Assembly: GCA_951406725.2 (NCBI GenBank)
Contig: OX597816.1
Location: 80,414,001-80,478,000 of the forward strand
Reading direction: 5' to 3'
Origin: Octopus vulgaris
Taxonomy: Eukaryota
DNA: 64,000 nucleotides
Program-made: the position numbers and the translations under genes
The notes under the pieces: model-generated
What the model saw: the letters and a program-made list of their open reading frames with translations, nothing else
What the model was told of the DNA's origin: nothing
Databases searched by the model: none
Shown here: positions 1 through 13,867 of the stretch, in pieces
Numbering within the stretch: position 1 is the stretch's first letter
How the letters are laid out: each line of letters starts with the position of its first letter

Positions 1-681
1 CTTTTCACTGTTTATGTAATTCATTTATTCAATTATTTGTTCAGTTATTTGCTGATTTCTTACCTTCTGAATTATTTTTCGTCCTTGATGCCATATATGT
101 CGTTATCAGGGGGCCTTCGAACCCCCCGTCGGCCCCCGAGTTCTCGTGAAGGTGTATCCCAGCCAGAGTAGCGAACTGCAAGAAGGGAAGTAAGCCACTG
201 GTTACTGGGTGGGGTTGAATCGGTGGCAGCCCGACGAGGCAAACATCTTCTGCTTGCAGACGTCAGACACTCATGTTCAATTCATACAGTGCCGACTACA
301 TGTTGAAATTGCATATATATATTCTACTAAGCGTATGTGCACACCGAAGAACGTTAGAGATTGTTAAGTGACACACACATACACAGCTATAAACATGCAT
401 ATAGCATTTTTTATTATGATTTTTTGTTAAGCTTTCTATTTACGATTCATGCTTGTAAACGTTTAAAGCAGAATTAGTATGATTAATAAAAGCATTAGCT
501 AATACGATTGACATATTGAAGACGCCATAAAGACACAATAAACAGAAGCAACTAATATCAGTGATATTTTCAGTAACATGGGCGTACGAAGAGCGTACAA
601 GACAATACAGCATATATTAAATCTTTAGTGTGAAAACTTCTATAGTTATATATTTTCTCTGCTATTGTTGTCATCTATTTA

Positions 682-720
<39 letters not shown>

Positions 721-1501
721 ACACACAAGACTTACCATATATATATATTATTTATGTATTTCATAAATACTTGAAAGCCACAATATATAATGAGTAGACA
801 ACAAACTATCAAGAAGGTAAGCCAAAGCATATTTGTTTTATATCTACCACATTTATGTGCTAATACATAGACAAAACACAAAGGTAAGAGAAATATAAAA
901 TCCATTGACTCAACTTCGATATATTACTGTTACTTATTTTGTCAAAAATAGTAGGGTGAAAGGCAAAATGAATCGGGTTAGTAGATGAAAGGAGAGTCAC
1001 AATACTCCGCTGGTAATTGGCTTTTTTTTTGTTCTTGTGGGACGAAAGGCAATGGAAAATGCGCTGGTGTAAAAAATAATAGATATCGGAAAGTTCAATC
1101 GATAGAAATCTGGACAAAATGCCTTACACAATTTTAGCTACTTTCCCTTTACTATCTGAGTTCAATTCCCCGCGGGAGGAAATTTAGCTTTCGTATTCTA
1201 GGATCTATACACTATAATGTTCGGGATCAATTTAATTGATCGTTCACACTGCTAGAAGTTGAGTAAGTAATAGTCGGGGCAGTATAATCGATTGAACTGA
1301 CTATAATAAATGGATGATACTTATGCTATTTTTTGATTGGTTATTGATTGCAGAATCATTTGAACGCAGAACAGTTCTTTGTGTAACTAAACACATAACA
1401 ACATTTAGATTGGATGCTTATTGTTAATGCTACTTAAGTGCCTTAATAACGATTAATGAAAAATTATCATCATCATCATCATTATTATTATCATTATTAT
1501 T

Positions 1502-1537
<36 letters not shown>

Positions 1538-1739
1538 CATATACCTATTTAGGGAAAGGTGTTTAGATAATTCTTCGACAGCTAATTTGATAACTGAAGT
1601 GGGCTAACCAGGGATGATACACAATTCAGTACGTGATGTAAATCCAGCCTACACTAGATTTGTGATGATGATGATGATGATCATCATCGTCATCGTCATC
1701 ATCATCTTAATAACAAGAAGAAGAAGAAGAAGAAAGTAT

Positions 1740-1940
1740 AAGCAGCAACTAGGAAATGAGAGTGAAAATAGTGCATTAACTATAATAAAAAACGTAAACA
1801 GAAATATATTTAAAAAAAACATACCAGGACTTAAAATATCGTTTTATACAGTCCAATATATACCCATATTTGACATAATCCACATTCTACGCAAGAATAT
1901 CGATCCGCAGACCCAGCTCAAACACAGATTTTCAACATAA
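1740..1940 (+). pseudogene. Highly decayed 3' tip of an R4/Dong-like RLE retrotransposon ORF
   Basis: IIK..KNIPGL..HILRK resembles the C-terminal IPIIVGALG..PGL..QK..AHILRR of the better preserved copies in this window. Confidence 0.35.
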
Positions 1941-2338
1941 ACTGTTAACTAATAAAATAGCACAACTGATAGAGCGCATGTGTTCACACAACAAACAAAC
2001 GAAATGCTGAAGTAATACAAGAAACTAAACATACCCCAAAGAAAAAAAGTGAGAGAGAGAGAACAGACGTAACATACAAACATCACCCCGAAAGACAAAT
2101 AATGCGAACAAACTAACGGGAAAATATCTTACATAGTTGCTCACGCAACTAGAAATAGCTGCCCAACACATTATACCATACAATCTTAGAAGTGAATCGC
2201 TTTCGTAACGTGGTTCTGGGATCTTTGCATATAGGGAGAAAGATGGGATACTCATGATAGGAATAATTTTGATAACAGGCTTCATTGAGTTCAACCACAA
2301 CAACAACATGGTGATTCAATAAAATATTGCATGAAGCT

Positions 2339-2375
<37 letters not shown>

Positions 2376-2384
2376 TAATCATTT

Positions 2385-2515
2385 CTAGTAAAGGCACAAG
2401 ACCTGAAATTTGGGGGAAGAGGACTAGTCGATCATATCGACCCGAGTGTTTCACTGGTACTTAATTTATCGACACGAAAGGATAAACGGCAAAGTCGACC
2501 TCGGTGGAATTTCAA
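2385..2515 (-). mobile_element. SINE family A, 3' portion
   Basis: Reverse complement of the GTCGACTTTGCCTTTCATCCTTTCGGGGTCGAT...AAGTACCAG core seen many times in the window; abuts (TAA)n at 2341-2380. Confidence 0.8.
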
Positions 2516-2539
2516 CACAAACACCAACAATAATAATTC

Positions 2540-3200
2540 ACAGAGACAAATGATCATCTTGTTTCTAGGTGCCCAGCCTTCGCTGAAAAGGAGTACCTCA
2601 TAAGATATGACAGACTAGGGTAGTGCATCCACTGGAATGCTTGTAAATACTACAAAATTAAATCCCATGATAAGTGGTGCAGACACGATCCAGAGGAAGT
2701 AGTAAATGGCGAGGGCATCACCACCCTTTGGAACTTCCCAATACAAACAGACAGAAACATTGACTCCAATCGGCCAAACATTGTGATCAAGGGCTACAAC
2801 AAGGGAACTTGTCTCTTAATAGCTATGTATGTCCCACAAGATCAAAATGTCTCGAGAAAGCAATACGAAAAGTTTTCTCACAATAAAGGTCTCCAAATTG
2901 AAATCACAAAAATGTGGAAGCTTAGTACTACGATTATACCAGTAGTAATTCTTGCGTTGGGAATGATAAAGGAGGGAGCTGAGAAGAATATTAAGCAACT
3001 CCCTGGTAACTCCAATTTCCGTGAACTGCAAAAGATAACCTTGAAAGGTACAACACAGCCCATGTACTACGGAAAGTACTCTCCATTTAAAATAGAATAA
3101 ATGTGGCGATAATTATTTTAGCATGCATAGCAAAACAAAAATGCCTTTGCTACTCTTGGCTTCAGGAGGATGCCCGGTACTAAGGCAGCTGAAATAAATA
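2540..3200 (+). mobile_element. R4/Dong-clade non-LTR retrotransposon, 5'-truncated 3' fragment (CCHC remnant plus restriction-like endonuclease)
   Basis: ETNDHLVSRCPAFAEKEYLIRYD, LWNFPIQTDRNIDSNRPNIVI, TCLLIAMYVPQD, IPVVILALG; contains stops. Confidence 0.85.
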
Positions 3201-3217
3201 ATGAAAGGAAACCATAA

Positions 3218-3745
3218 ATGTGCGAAAAGTGGGGGGTGGTAGAGAGAGCCATGACGTGGTATGAGAACAAACCACAGAGAGCGGTAGAGTCGGAGACCAG
3301 CAAAAACGTCAGGGATTTCCCAATCCAAACAGGTCAGGTGCTAGAGCATAACAGACTGGACCTAGTGGTGGTGGACAAGATGCACCATATATACTGTATA
3401 GTTCAAGTTGAATGCTCCTTTAACCCACGAATAGTCAAGGAGAAAGACGGAAAGATAGATAAATACAACCATCTTAAGTGTGGAATAGCCCGGCTATGGA
3501 AAATGAAGAAGGTGAAGTTAGTGCCAATTATTGTTGGGTCATTGGAAACAGTATCAGAAGACATCAAGGGAAATATAAAGGAAATTGGAATAGATGCCCA
3601 GGACATCTGTTAGAAAAGGTTTGCCTCATTAGCACGACCAGAATAATCAGGAAAGTATTAGATAGCAGAAAATAATGGATAGCATGGTACCGTAGGCTGC
3701 AGGTAGCAAGCTCGCTACGCATGTAAGACTCCATGAAAAAGAGAA
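3218..3745 (+). mobile_element. R4/Dong-clade RLE-domain fragment with 3' UTR, ending at (TAA)n
   Basis: WYENKP..DFPIQT..HNRLDLVVVDK..KIDKY..LKCGIARLWKMKKVKLVPIIVGSLET; followed by (TAA)n at 3746-3787. Confidence 0.85.
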
Positions 3746-3787
3746 ATAATAATAATAATAATAATAATAACAACAATAATAATAATT

Positions 3788-4365
3788 GACATAGAAAAGT
3801 TATCGAAGGTGGTAGAGACTTTATAGAGCTAGAAAACTATTACAAAATAACCACCATATGACTACAGAAATACCTACTTCAGAAGCAAGGAAAGCCGATA
3901 TAGATAGCCATAAAAACTGTTTTCAGTCTTTAAGGAAGCTGTCAAATACAAAAAAGAAGTCATAGTACCTAACAACAACGAAGAAAAAGAAGAAACAACA
4001 GAAGCTGTAAAAAAAACTGAAATCCAAACTAAAACTGGTACAGCAACGCATTATCATATAACAATAGCAAGAAAACCCCGTAGATGGCAAATATTGAGTT
4101 AAGCTAAGCAGAAAAGAAATAGACAAAGCAAAATCCTAACAATGGCTGTGAAGCTCAGGACTGACAGCAGAGACTGAAGCATTTTTAATTGCAGTACAAG
4201 ATCGAAACCTTCCGACCAGAAATCACCAAAACCACGTAATCACCAAAACCAAGTAACTGCAGAATATGTGGTGATGGAGAAGAAACAAAAAATCATATTG
4301 TCTCTGGCTGCCCAATGCTGGCTAAGAAGGAACATATTTACAAACACGACAGTGTTGGGACACTG
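3788..4365 (+). mobile_element. R4/Dong-clade fragment (post-RT region plus CCHC knuckle), same family as the 50268-51152 copy
   Basis: WL*SSGLTAETEAFLIAVQDRNLPTRN..CRICGDGEETKNHIVSGCPMLAKKEHIYKHDSVGT; bounded by (TAA)n on both sides. Confidence 0.85.
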
Positions 4366-4389
4366 CTCTCTCACTCATTAATAATAATA

Positions 4390-4427
<38 letters not shown>

Positions 4428-4916
4428 GATTTCAAATTTTGGCACAAGGCCAGCAATTTCGGGGGCAGGGAGTCCACTTCGTGGATCACACTACTCGAAA
4501 CTGGTACTTATTTTATCGACCTCGAAATCATTCAAATCGAAAGTATGTGGCATCTCGGAGCGATTACAATACCAGTGATGGTAGGAGCAGTAGTAATAAG
4601 GAAAAAAAGGGAACTGGAAACTATATGAAAATGGTCCCTGGCTTGCCATCCATGCAAGATGTGCACAAAGATTCTTTTAACAGGTGCATCGTATGTATTC
4701 AGGTGTGCATTGTTGCTCTGAAAACGATAACCTTCCATGTAATTTTTTTTATATATAACGTTGATTTTATAAATGAACAATCGGGTGTGCTTATTTTAAT
4801 GGTGAATTACTTTGCATTAGATACCGTGAATGCATTTGGCAAGAAATGGAAACAAAATTGAAGGAAATAGAAAAAGGCTAATAATAATAATAATAATAAT
4901 AATTAATATTATTATA

Positions 4917-4957
<41 letters not shown>

Positions 4958-4958
<1 letters not shown>

Positions 4959-7900
4959 AGAGACCACCACACACGGCGTAGATGGAACAAGCAAATTAAT
5001 GCTGTGGTCATGAAGTGTTACTACCTGAGCAACCCGGTAGATGAAAATGATGCTCAAATTAGGGGTTACCGACAACGTATGTATGATCATTGGAGGAAAT
5101 GGATTGTTTCAACTCACCGAACAGAGACTATGTGATCAAGCTAGGGCAATAAGGAAAGATCGTTGGGTCACAGAAGTAGAGCTCGAAGCTATCAAAAGAC
5201 GGGTCTTGGAAAATTGCAGCTGAGATAACATTAAAAATACAGTTCTTACTAATACAAGTAGTCTCATAGCATAGGAAAGGAGCAGTGGTAGTTTACTTGA
5301 TGAGAGACATGTAGAAGATCTAAAAGAAGACAATAAAGCTAATGGCGATATGACAGATGAACAAAAAGCAATCTATGACAGAATAAAGGCAAGACTACTG
5401 GAGAACGATAGCGACATTATTTGAAACCTTAAAAAGGTTGATCGGTGGAAATTGAACCAAGAAACGAAAAATGTCAATAAAATTCTGAGATACATCAGAA
5501 CAAACAACATCACAGAAACAAATCATTTGATCAAGGCAGCAAGAATTATTGTAGCAGGAAACGTGGGTGTTGATGCCAAGAAAAAGAAATATGATAGAAG
5601 TGACAAAAGGAAAGAGCCATGGTGGAAAAGAAGAATACCGGCAGGGTTAGATATGCTCTCGAAGGAAATTTCTGTGTTAGACCGAAAAGAGAAAGGGGAG
5701 CTAAAAGCGAACAAAAATACAGGGCACTGAAAAAGAAGTAAACTATTGAAAGAAAAGGCCTGAAAGTGGTAATGGAGGAACTGATATAGCGCCTTGTTGC
5801 AAAGAAAGCAGAGATGGTAAGATACGACCAAAGAATGAAGGGTTACCACCAGACTAAGTTTTTCAGAGTAGATCTATAAGGAAATAAATGGAGAGTGTAG
5901 AAATGAAAAGCTGATACCAGATAACAATGAAAGTCAGAGGTTTTGGAGAGACATGTGGAGCAAGGACAAGGAGCACATAAAGAATGCCGAATGGTTGCAA
6001 GAACTGAAACAAACAGTAGCCTGCCCCAAACAGGCAGAACTACTAATTCCAGCTAGGGAAGTGAAGGAAATCAGAAAAAATGAGAAACTGGAAGGCTCCG
6101 GGACCAGTTGTATTTGAAGGCTACTGGATCAAAAGATTTGATGAATGTCATGCACGAATAACTGCGCAACTCAACACCTTGTTAAATACCGACCAAGTAA
6201 CACCAGGGTGGTTGACATTGGGTACAACAGTACTGTGCTTGAAAGACATCGAAAAAGGCAATACGGTAGACAATTACAGGCCGATATCCTGTTTGCCACT
6301 TATGAGGAAATTATTGAGTCCTGCCACATGAGCAGAAGGGTTGCAAGCGTAAGTGCAGGGGTACCAAGATTAACTCCTGATAGACAAAACTGTACTTAGA
6401 GACTGAAAGAGGAGGAAAAGTAACTATCGTAAGGTGTACGTTATGATCATATACTCTTGGATTATGGGGTGTATAAACCTATTTGGTATTGTATCGAAGT
6501 TGAGTGATTGCTTAGAAAAAGTATGGTGAATTGGAGGACGGACCTGACAGCATACGGAATAAGTATAGGGACAGTAGAAATAAGGAGGGACATCTTCCAA
6601 GGCACTGCTTTTCCCTACTGATCTTTGTACTGTGCTTGATACCACTAACGCTAATTCTAAGGAAAGCAAAAGCTGGGTATGTATTCAAAAGCCACCAACA
6701 AAAAATCAACCATTTGTTATCCATGGGTGACATCAACCTTTATGGAAAAGATGAAGCCCAAGTCAGTTTCTTCGTTGACACGGTGTATACTTCCAGTGCT
6801 GATATCAGAATAGAGTTTGGATTAAGAATGAGTGGTGTGTTAGTCTTGAAGAGAGGCAAAATCAAATGTATGGACGGGCTATCGATACCGTCGGGGAGGT
6901 TATGCAGCAGATAGAAGAGATGGGCTATAAGTACTTGGGGATTTTGGAAATGGATAAATTGATGGGGAAAGAAATGACAGAAAACTTTAAGGTGGAGTAC
7001 TTACGCAGATTGAGACTGATACTTAAGTTGAAATTAAGCGGACGGAATAATATTGAAGCTGTCAACACATAGGCGGTTTCACTCATTAGATATGGAGCAG
7101 GAGTAATTGCATGGACAGTAGATGAACTAAACAACTTAGACAGAAAGACAAGGAAGTTGCTAACTAGATATGGGACACTCCACTCAAAAAGTGACACAGA
7201 CAGACTGTATGTACCAAGAAAAAGGGGGATGCGAACACAGCATTAGAGTAGAAGAAAGCAACATAGCATGGAATGTGAAAAATGCCACAGAACCGCTTTT
7301 ATTAGAAGGTCAGGCCTGTGTAGGATGAAAGATTGCAATGATAAAGCACTGTCCAATCAATTGAAAACGATTGAAACAGAAATTAGGTGGGTAAAAATGC
7401 ATGGCCAATTTAATATGGATGTTGAAGATAAGACAGGCAGAGAAAAAAGATGGCTGTGGATGACTAGAAATGATTTAAAACAGGAAACGGAGGCTCTAAT
7501 ATGTGCTGCCTAAGAGCAAGCACTAACAACTAAATACATAAAATATAGAATAGACATCACACCAGTAAGTGATAAGCCATGTACGCCACTAGCCCAGAAG
7601 GAATATAAGAGACTCCACGAAATTGGACACTTTACAACAAGTATGGATTTGACAGAGCAAAAAATTGGTACGAACACAAACCCGAAGGCATCATCGAAAA
7701 TGATAATGCAAAGATCCTCTGGGATTTTATGATTTAGTGCGTGGATGAGATAGAGAATAGGAAGCCATACATAGTCTTAATTGAGAAAGAAAGCAAACTA
7801 TGCTGGCGCATAGATATAGCATGCCCAGCTGGCAACAAGTTATGCAATAAGGAAGAAAGAAAAGTCGAGAGATATGACAGGTTAGCTTGGGAGGTTAAGC

Positions 7901-8147
7901 AGTTGTGGTCGATGAAAAAGATGGTAGTAGTACCAATAATAGTCGGAACCCTGGAAACATGAGTAAAATCTTGAGAAGTACATGGAACAAATAGGGGCTG
8001 CAATAAGAGTAGAGAATTTGCAGAAAACAGCACTGCTTGGAACTGCTCGAATACTCCGGAAAGTGCTCGAAAAGTAAGAAGTGTTACCTTAGTAGTGAAC
8101 AGCTGATACCGTAGTACATCTCCAGCGTTAGAAGCTGTGCAAAGGCA
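4958..8147 (+). mobile_element. Nearly ORF-length but disrupted R4/Dong-clade non-LTR retrotransposon (N-terminal domain, RT, RLE)
   Basis: N-terminal [23 protein letters not shown]; RT motifs NWKAPGP, NYRPISCLP, GHLPRHCFSLLIFVLCLIPL (decayed GIFQGDxLSP), INHLLSMGDINLY (decayed YMDD), YKYLGILE; C-terminal RKPYIVLI..IDIACP..VPIIVGTL; many stops and frameshifts; ends at AATAATAA. Confidence 0.92.
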
Positions 8148-8199
8148 ATAATAACTTTATACAATTACATAAAAATAAAGCTATAGGCATCAAATGCGC

Positions 8200-9540
8200 A
8201 GCTGTCCCAGAAATAATTATTTAGTTATATTCTCAACTACTGAATTAGCAAAAGATATACAAGAAAATAGAAAAATATGATTTATATCAGCCACAATACG
8301 AAGAGATTATATTTACGACATATACCGGGTAAAATTGATGATGAGGCTTCTGAAACTAGACAATTAATAAAAAAATATCTACTGTAGCACTAGAAAAGGC
8401 GCCCAGTAAAGAATGATTAATATAAATATCTAAGGAGTATGAAGAAAAGAAAAAAAAACACCTTAAGGAAGATGAAAATATAGACTGATGAAGTAGACAT
8501 TTGTGATGTGAAACAAAATAAATTGTTAGAAAAAACAAATAACTATGGTGAAAGTAGAGCAATAGAATGCCATGCTAACATGATGAAAAGCGCTCCTATA
8601 TGACCAATATCTAGGAGGGGGTGGCTGTATAAAATTTAAGTAGAGAAATATTTCAGAATCGGCTGAGTAGCGCAACGCTCAAAATGAATGACCAAATCAT
8701 TTGCACTAGAGACAACTAAAAGTATTTAATGAAACAGAATGCAATAAACAGGAAATAATAAAGTAGATATCAACATACTTAATATAGTAAGCTATGAAAT
8801 TTTAATTAAGTCCACTTCAACTGTCGTGATGAGAAGAAGACACTATATTAATAATCAAATCCAGACACCCGGATTTTGAATTAAGATTAAATTGAAATAA
8901 TCAACATTGGAGAGTGAAATAACTCTGGACATGTTCTGACATTATTAGACTTAGTAACAGTCTATGTTTGCTAAATCTTAGACTACTTATGAAATATAGA
9001 GGATTAGAATTAATTGAAAATAGAATGCGGGGGGGGGGATTTTTATCAATGTCTGAACATATGGAAGTTGAAAGAAAGAATTAACGCATTGTTTGTAGTT
9101 CTCTTATAATTAGCAAACGAGAATACTCTGCTGGAATTATCACAGCTGGGAACTTCATCCATGAAAATCACACCAGCATTATAAAATTCTGACAGTCTGT
9201 TCATCGTATAAACAAATAATAGAAAGATGATCATACTCTGGGATATGGCAATCAATAGATATGGAGATTAAAGAAAACCCGTTGAATATTATCAAGAACT
9301 ACTGGGAAAAGAAATACATCCTCATCGGATCTTTCTCAATAGACAATAGTATATTACAGACAGTAATAGAGAAATTAGCCAGATGCAAAGATTTAGAAAC
9401 AGAGATAACCAGAATGTTTGGATTTTATACAAAAACATACCTTATCATAGTATTTGGTTAGAAGATTTGGAAATGATTTAAAGAAGGCGCAGAAATATAT
9501 TTGCCTTTACATTCCAGAAACCTAACATTCCGGGAAAGGA
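8200..9540 (+). mobile_element. Old, heavily decayed R4/Dong-like remnant
   Basis: ORF 9261-9461 EKLARCKDLETEITRMF..IIVFG matches EKLSKYKDLEIEVTRMW of the younger copy; upstream boundary uncertain. Confidence 0.55.
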
Positions 9541-9552
9541 AGATACCGAACT

Positions 9553-9745
9553 TAAAACTACAGTAAGAGTCGATTTGGATGATCATAACCTTAAGACTGT
9601 GCCACAGCATGGTAACTGTTAGATGACACCAAAATTAAAACTACAGTAAGAGTCGAATTGGATGATTAAAACCTTAAGACTGTGCTACAGCATGGCCACT
9701 GTTAGATGACTGAAACACCTAAAAAGGTTAAAGAATAAAAAAAGA
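9553..9745 (+). repeat. Tandem duplication (about 83 bp unit) of a SINE family B 3' tail
   Basis: TTAAAACTACAGTAAGAGTCGA..CCTTAAGACTGTG..CAGCATGG..GTTAGATGAC occurs twice; the tail resembles 41310-41380. Confidence 0.7.
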
Positions 9746-10776
9746 TAAGTTTTACACAGTCTCTGCTACATATAATGTAACTCAAACAACAGACAATCGT
9801 CACCAACAACACTAAGTAAAACATGTACGCAAATTACTCACCAATCAATATAACTGACACTTTTGTAGTACTGCAATCCAATTAAACATAAAAATATAAC
9901 TTTAAGAAACACCACAATGTCCACAACAAAGTAGAGTTGGTGTAACATTAATATGACCCCAAAGCAAGTGATTTAATCTACCTCGGTGGTATTCGACATC
10001 CAGATTAACTTCGCGAAATTAACTTCACGAAATGTAAGACATAAGCTCCGGACTAGCTGAGAAGAAAGTATTGATTATAGAATTGGAAAATTGAGTCGAA
10101 GCCATTTCATTTCACCTAATATTTCCAAATCGGAGATGATTTCAATACACCCCTTTACAGAAATTAATTTTTGCTTTTGCTACAACAGATCTATTGATAT
10201 TGGGAGTGACTTATATATCACATCAAAATTTCCAACAGGGTATAACTAGAATCCTTTCAGAACCTAAATTGGGTAGGGACACGTTTTGATTTATTCCTAC
10301 TGAGTCTTAATTCACAAATACCATTGAAGAATTTATGAAACCAATAGAGTCTCATTTCCTATTCAATATAAAAATTGACACCTTTTGGCAAAGAAATAAA
10401 ACAAAATTTCATATAAATATATCACAAATAGGAAAAGAATAAAACATTGTTATAAAAGGAAAAATTGTGTATCTTTCTAACAATGTCTCAGATTCACAAT
10501 TATTGTAATTCCAAGATGGTAATTACATGACAAATAATACCCAGTTATTAGTGATTGAGAGAATAGTAATAATCGAAACAGTGTTACACTCAAATTGAGA
10601 GAAATTGAATAATTAGTTCGTATTGTTAAAAACAGTAGGAATTGTTCCGATTTGGGTATAATTCATTTCGTTACATATTGTTATTTACGAAACGAACAGA
10701 AAACGAAAAGAGGAAGAAAGAAAAGAACTGATACTGCCAGAAGTTAGACTCGCATCTTTTCCTACGCACACATCTA

Positions 10777-10782
<6 letters not shown>

Positions 10783-10832
<50 letters not shown>

Positions 10833-10972
10833 GTGCATGTGTGTGAGACGTGCGTGTGTGCACGCGCATGTGGGTGAGTACATATTTATAATACGTGTGT
10901 TTATATATATATGTGTGTGTATTTATATGTATATACGTATATATGTATGTATATTTGTATGAATATATATGT

Positions 10973-11015
<43 letters not shown>

Positions 11016-11037
11016 TCTCTCTATATATAATGTGTAG

Positions 11038-11082
<45 letters not shown>

Positions 11083-11160
11083 TATACACATCTCTCTATA
11101 TATATTTATATGTATTTTTATATATTCATATATATGTATATATATATATATTATGTATAT
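10783..11160. repeat. Compound (TA)n/(TG)n microsatellite field
   Basis: Direct inspection. Confidence 0.95.
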
Positions 11161-12754
11161 GATTTTTTTCAATGTACATATGTCTGAGGATACATGTCTT
11201 TACTTGCCAATTTTTGTGGTGTGTTTCTTTATATGTATATGAGGTGTGTTTGTGTGTGTGTGAGTGTTTGCGAATGTATATGTCTACGAAATATTGCGTG
11301 ATACCGTTATTTAAGTAGTATGAATCAGTCATGTTTAGCAACCTTATTGAATTATTCAACGAAATATCTTACTCTTTTTGAAAAAAATACAACAAAAATA
11401 GCAGGAATAATTGAATGTTGCTGGCGATTCTAGATCTTCTAGATCTTTCTTCTGATAGGTATGGAATTTAGTTTATGGATTAGCTATCTGATATTGTCTG
11501 ATAAATGATTAATGACCCTCTTCCCGACATTTTTTATCGTTTGTGGAATCGGAGAGTTCTTGATAGTGGAATCGGGAAAAAATTGTCAGAATAATGTCTG
11601 CATAGTGAATGCTTCTCATCAAGTCTCTGGTCATGGTGCTCACTCTTTAGCTAAATCTGAATAGCTGTAAAGAGGTCCTAAGAATTCATACATGCAGAAA
11701 CTTTTCATCGTGAATAACAGTCTTAACGCATTGCAAATCGTACCCTTTCATGAGTCCGAAGACCATGATTTATAGGAAATTTTATAGAGAGGTATAGTGG
11801 AAGTAAAGTATCACTGTTTACTGTTCCCTTGTTTCCACAACGACTAATCAAAAAGCTAATTCAAACTGGGTGGGATTTAAAATGTAATTAAAGACGACTG
11901 CCAGCAAACACATTCCAAGATACAATCGGCATTGTACAATCTCTACCAGTTCAGTAACATCTGATAGTATTATATGAGGACACGTGTGTGGGCAGCTCAG
12001 AGTAATAAGACACCCATTTGTGTCATAGCGTTAGAAAAAGAAGAAATCTAAGCTGTGTGTGTATACGTGTGTTTATAGATAGTCCTCAGTAGTTACAAAC
12101 ACTACACGAACGCACATACATTCACGTATATACAAACATTCTCTTCTTTTACTTGATTTAGTAGATTACAGCTATAGGCTTCATCAGCATATGTTTACAC
12201 ATTATTATACATATATACCTCGATACATGCATACATATATACAAAAATATAGATACAAGCCATCGATGGAAATGGCACAATACCTAAAGCTTTCAAAAAG
12301 TTTAACATATAAGCATTTATGCACATGTCTAGACTTGAAAATTTATGTATGAATATACATACTTACGACAAAAGATATAGATTTGCACATATATTAAGAC
12401 CCAATGCTTGCACACATCACACAACCACGCATAAGTACCCTGCTGCTGTTGAATTCCAGTGACGGAGCCTGGGATCTAAGTTACAAACCGGCATTTTCTC
12501 CATTGGCAAGAATTCTAGAAATTGAGCTTAACACAAACACGCATGCTAGCTGACAAGGCGTTTGTGAGATAATGTTTTAAGGGTTTGCAGCTAGGCACGA
12601 AATATTTAAACAATTTTATTAGAATATTATAATTATACATGTAACGGGTACTTTACACCAAAGACAAAATTACGTACGAGATAGTACACGCATAGAAAAA
12701 CACATAAAGGCAATAATAATAATTATTATTATTATTATTATATTACTATCATCG

Positions 12755-13300
12755 AATGAGGGAGGACTGCATGCCATGAAAGTGACACTGGGGTAAAATA
12801 TACGAAGCCTAGTATACCCATCATGACTACCAGTCTGATAAGGGAATGCCAGGCCGATGCATCACAACCATATGTGCGCGACATGGTAATCTCATATCAA
12901 GATAAACAGCGCATGATCTTGCAGGTAGAGCTCAATTAGAATTTTCTTCAGGTCGAATAGCCCATCTCACTCAAAAGGTCCCTGAATAAGGATTGTTTAA
13001 GAATGCTCAACGAAACACCCATGTTTCCAGAGGGGAATTATTCAAACCTCAAAGAATTACTCTCAACACATGGCTATGATGCTCCCACACTACTTCTGCT
13101 TGTGATCAGAGATGCACATATCGTCAGCCACTAAGGGACATGCTCAACTGGTTATGGTCAAGCCAGTGACAAATAAATCTGTAGTATTGAGTACAATATT
13201 TGATGTAGCACATTTTTTTTTTATACCAAGACAAAACATATACATGATAACACTTCCAATCAGTTGAAGTCAGAATCTATGAGAACCATTGCTTGGTACG

Positions 13301-13301
<1 letters not shown>
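12755..13301. mobile_element. Unclassified ~550 bp insertion within an (ATT)n tract
   Basis: Higher-complexity block flanked by (ATT)n at 12722-12750 and 13302-13364; no long ORF. Confidence 0.45.
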
Positions 13302-13364
<63 letters not shown>

Positions 13365-13867
13365 GCAGTGAACTGGCAGAAACATTAGCACGCCGGATGA
13401 AATGATTTGCGGTATTTCGTCTACCGCTACGTTCTGAGTTCAAATTCCGCTGAGGTCGACTTTGCCTTTCATCCTTTCGGGGTCGATTAAATAAGTACCA
13501 GTTACATACTGGGGTCGATATAATCGACTTAATCCAGGTGTCTGTCCTTGTTGGTCCCCTCTGTGCTTAGCCCCTTGTGGGTAGTAAAGAAATAGGTATT
13601 TGGTCTGCCGCTACATTCTGAGTTCAAATTCCGCTGAGGTCGACTTTGCCTTTCATCCTTTCGGGATCGATTAAATAAGTACCAGTTACGCACTGGAGTC
13701 GATATAATCGAGTTAATCCGTTTGTCTGTCATTGTTTGTCCTCTCTTTATTTAGCCCATTGTGGGTAGTAAAGAAATAGGTGTTTCGCCTTTCTGTACGT
13801 TCTGAGTTCAAATTCCGCCGAGGTCGACTTTGCCTTTCATCCTCTCGGTGTCGATAAAAAGTACCAA
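13365..13867 (+). mobile_element. SINE family A, tandem multimer (head plus repeated ~180 bp body)
   Basis: tRNA-like head (CTGGCAGAA..., B-box-like GAGTTCAAATTCC); the core GTCGACTTTGCCTTTCATCC occurs three times. Confidence 0.9.

Noticed and set aside
11420-11780. Possible Penelope RT C-terminal relic on the minus strand (IPYLSE..SRRSR)
   Set aside because: Too degenerate to support by eye.
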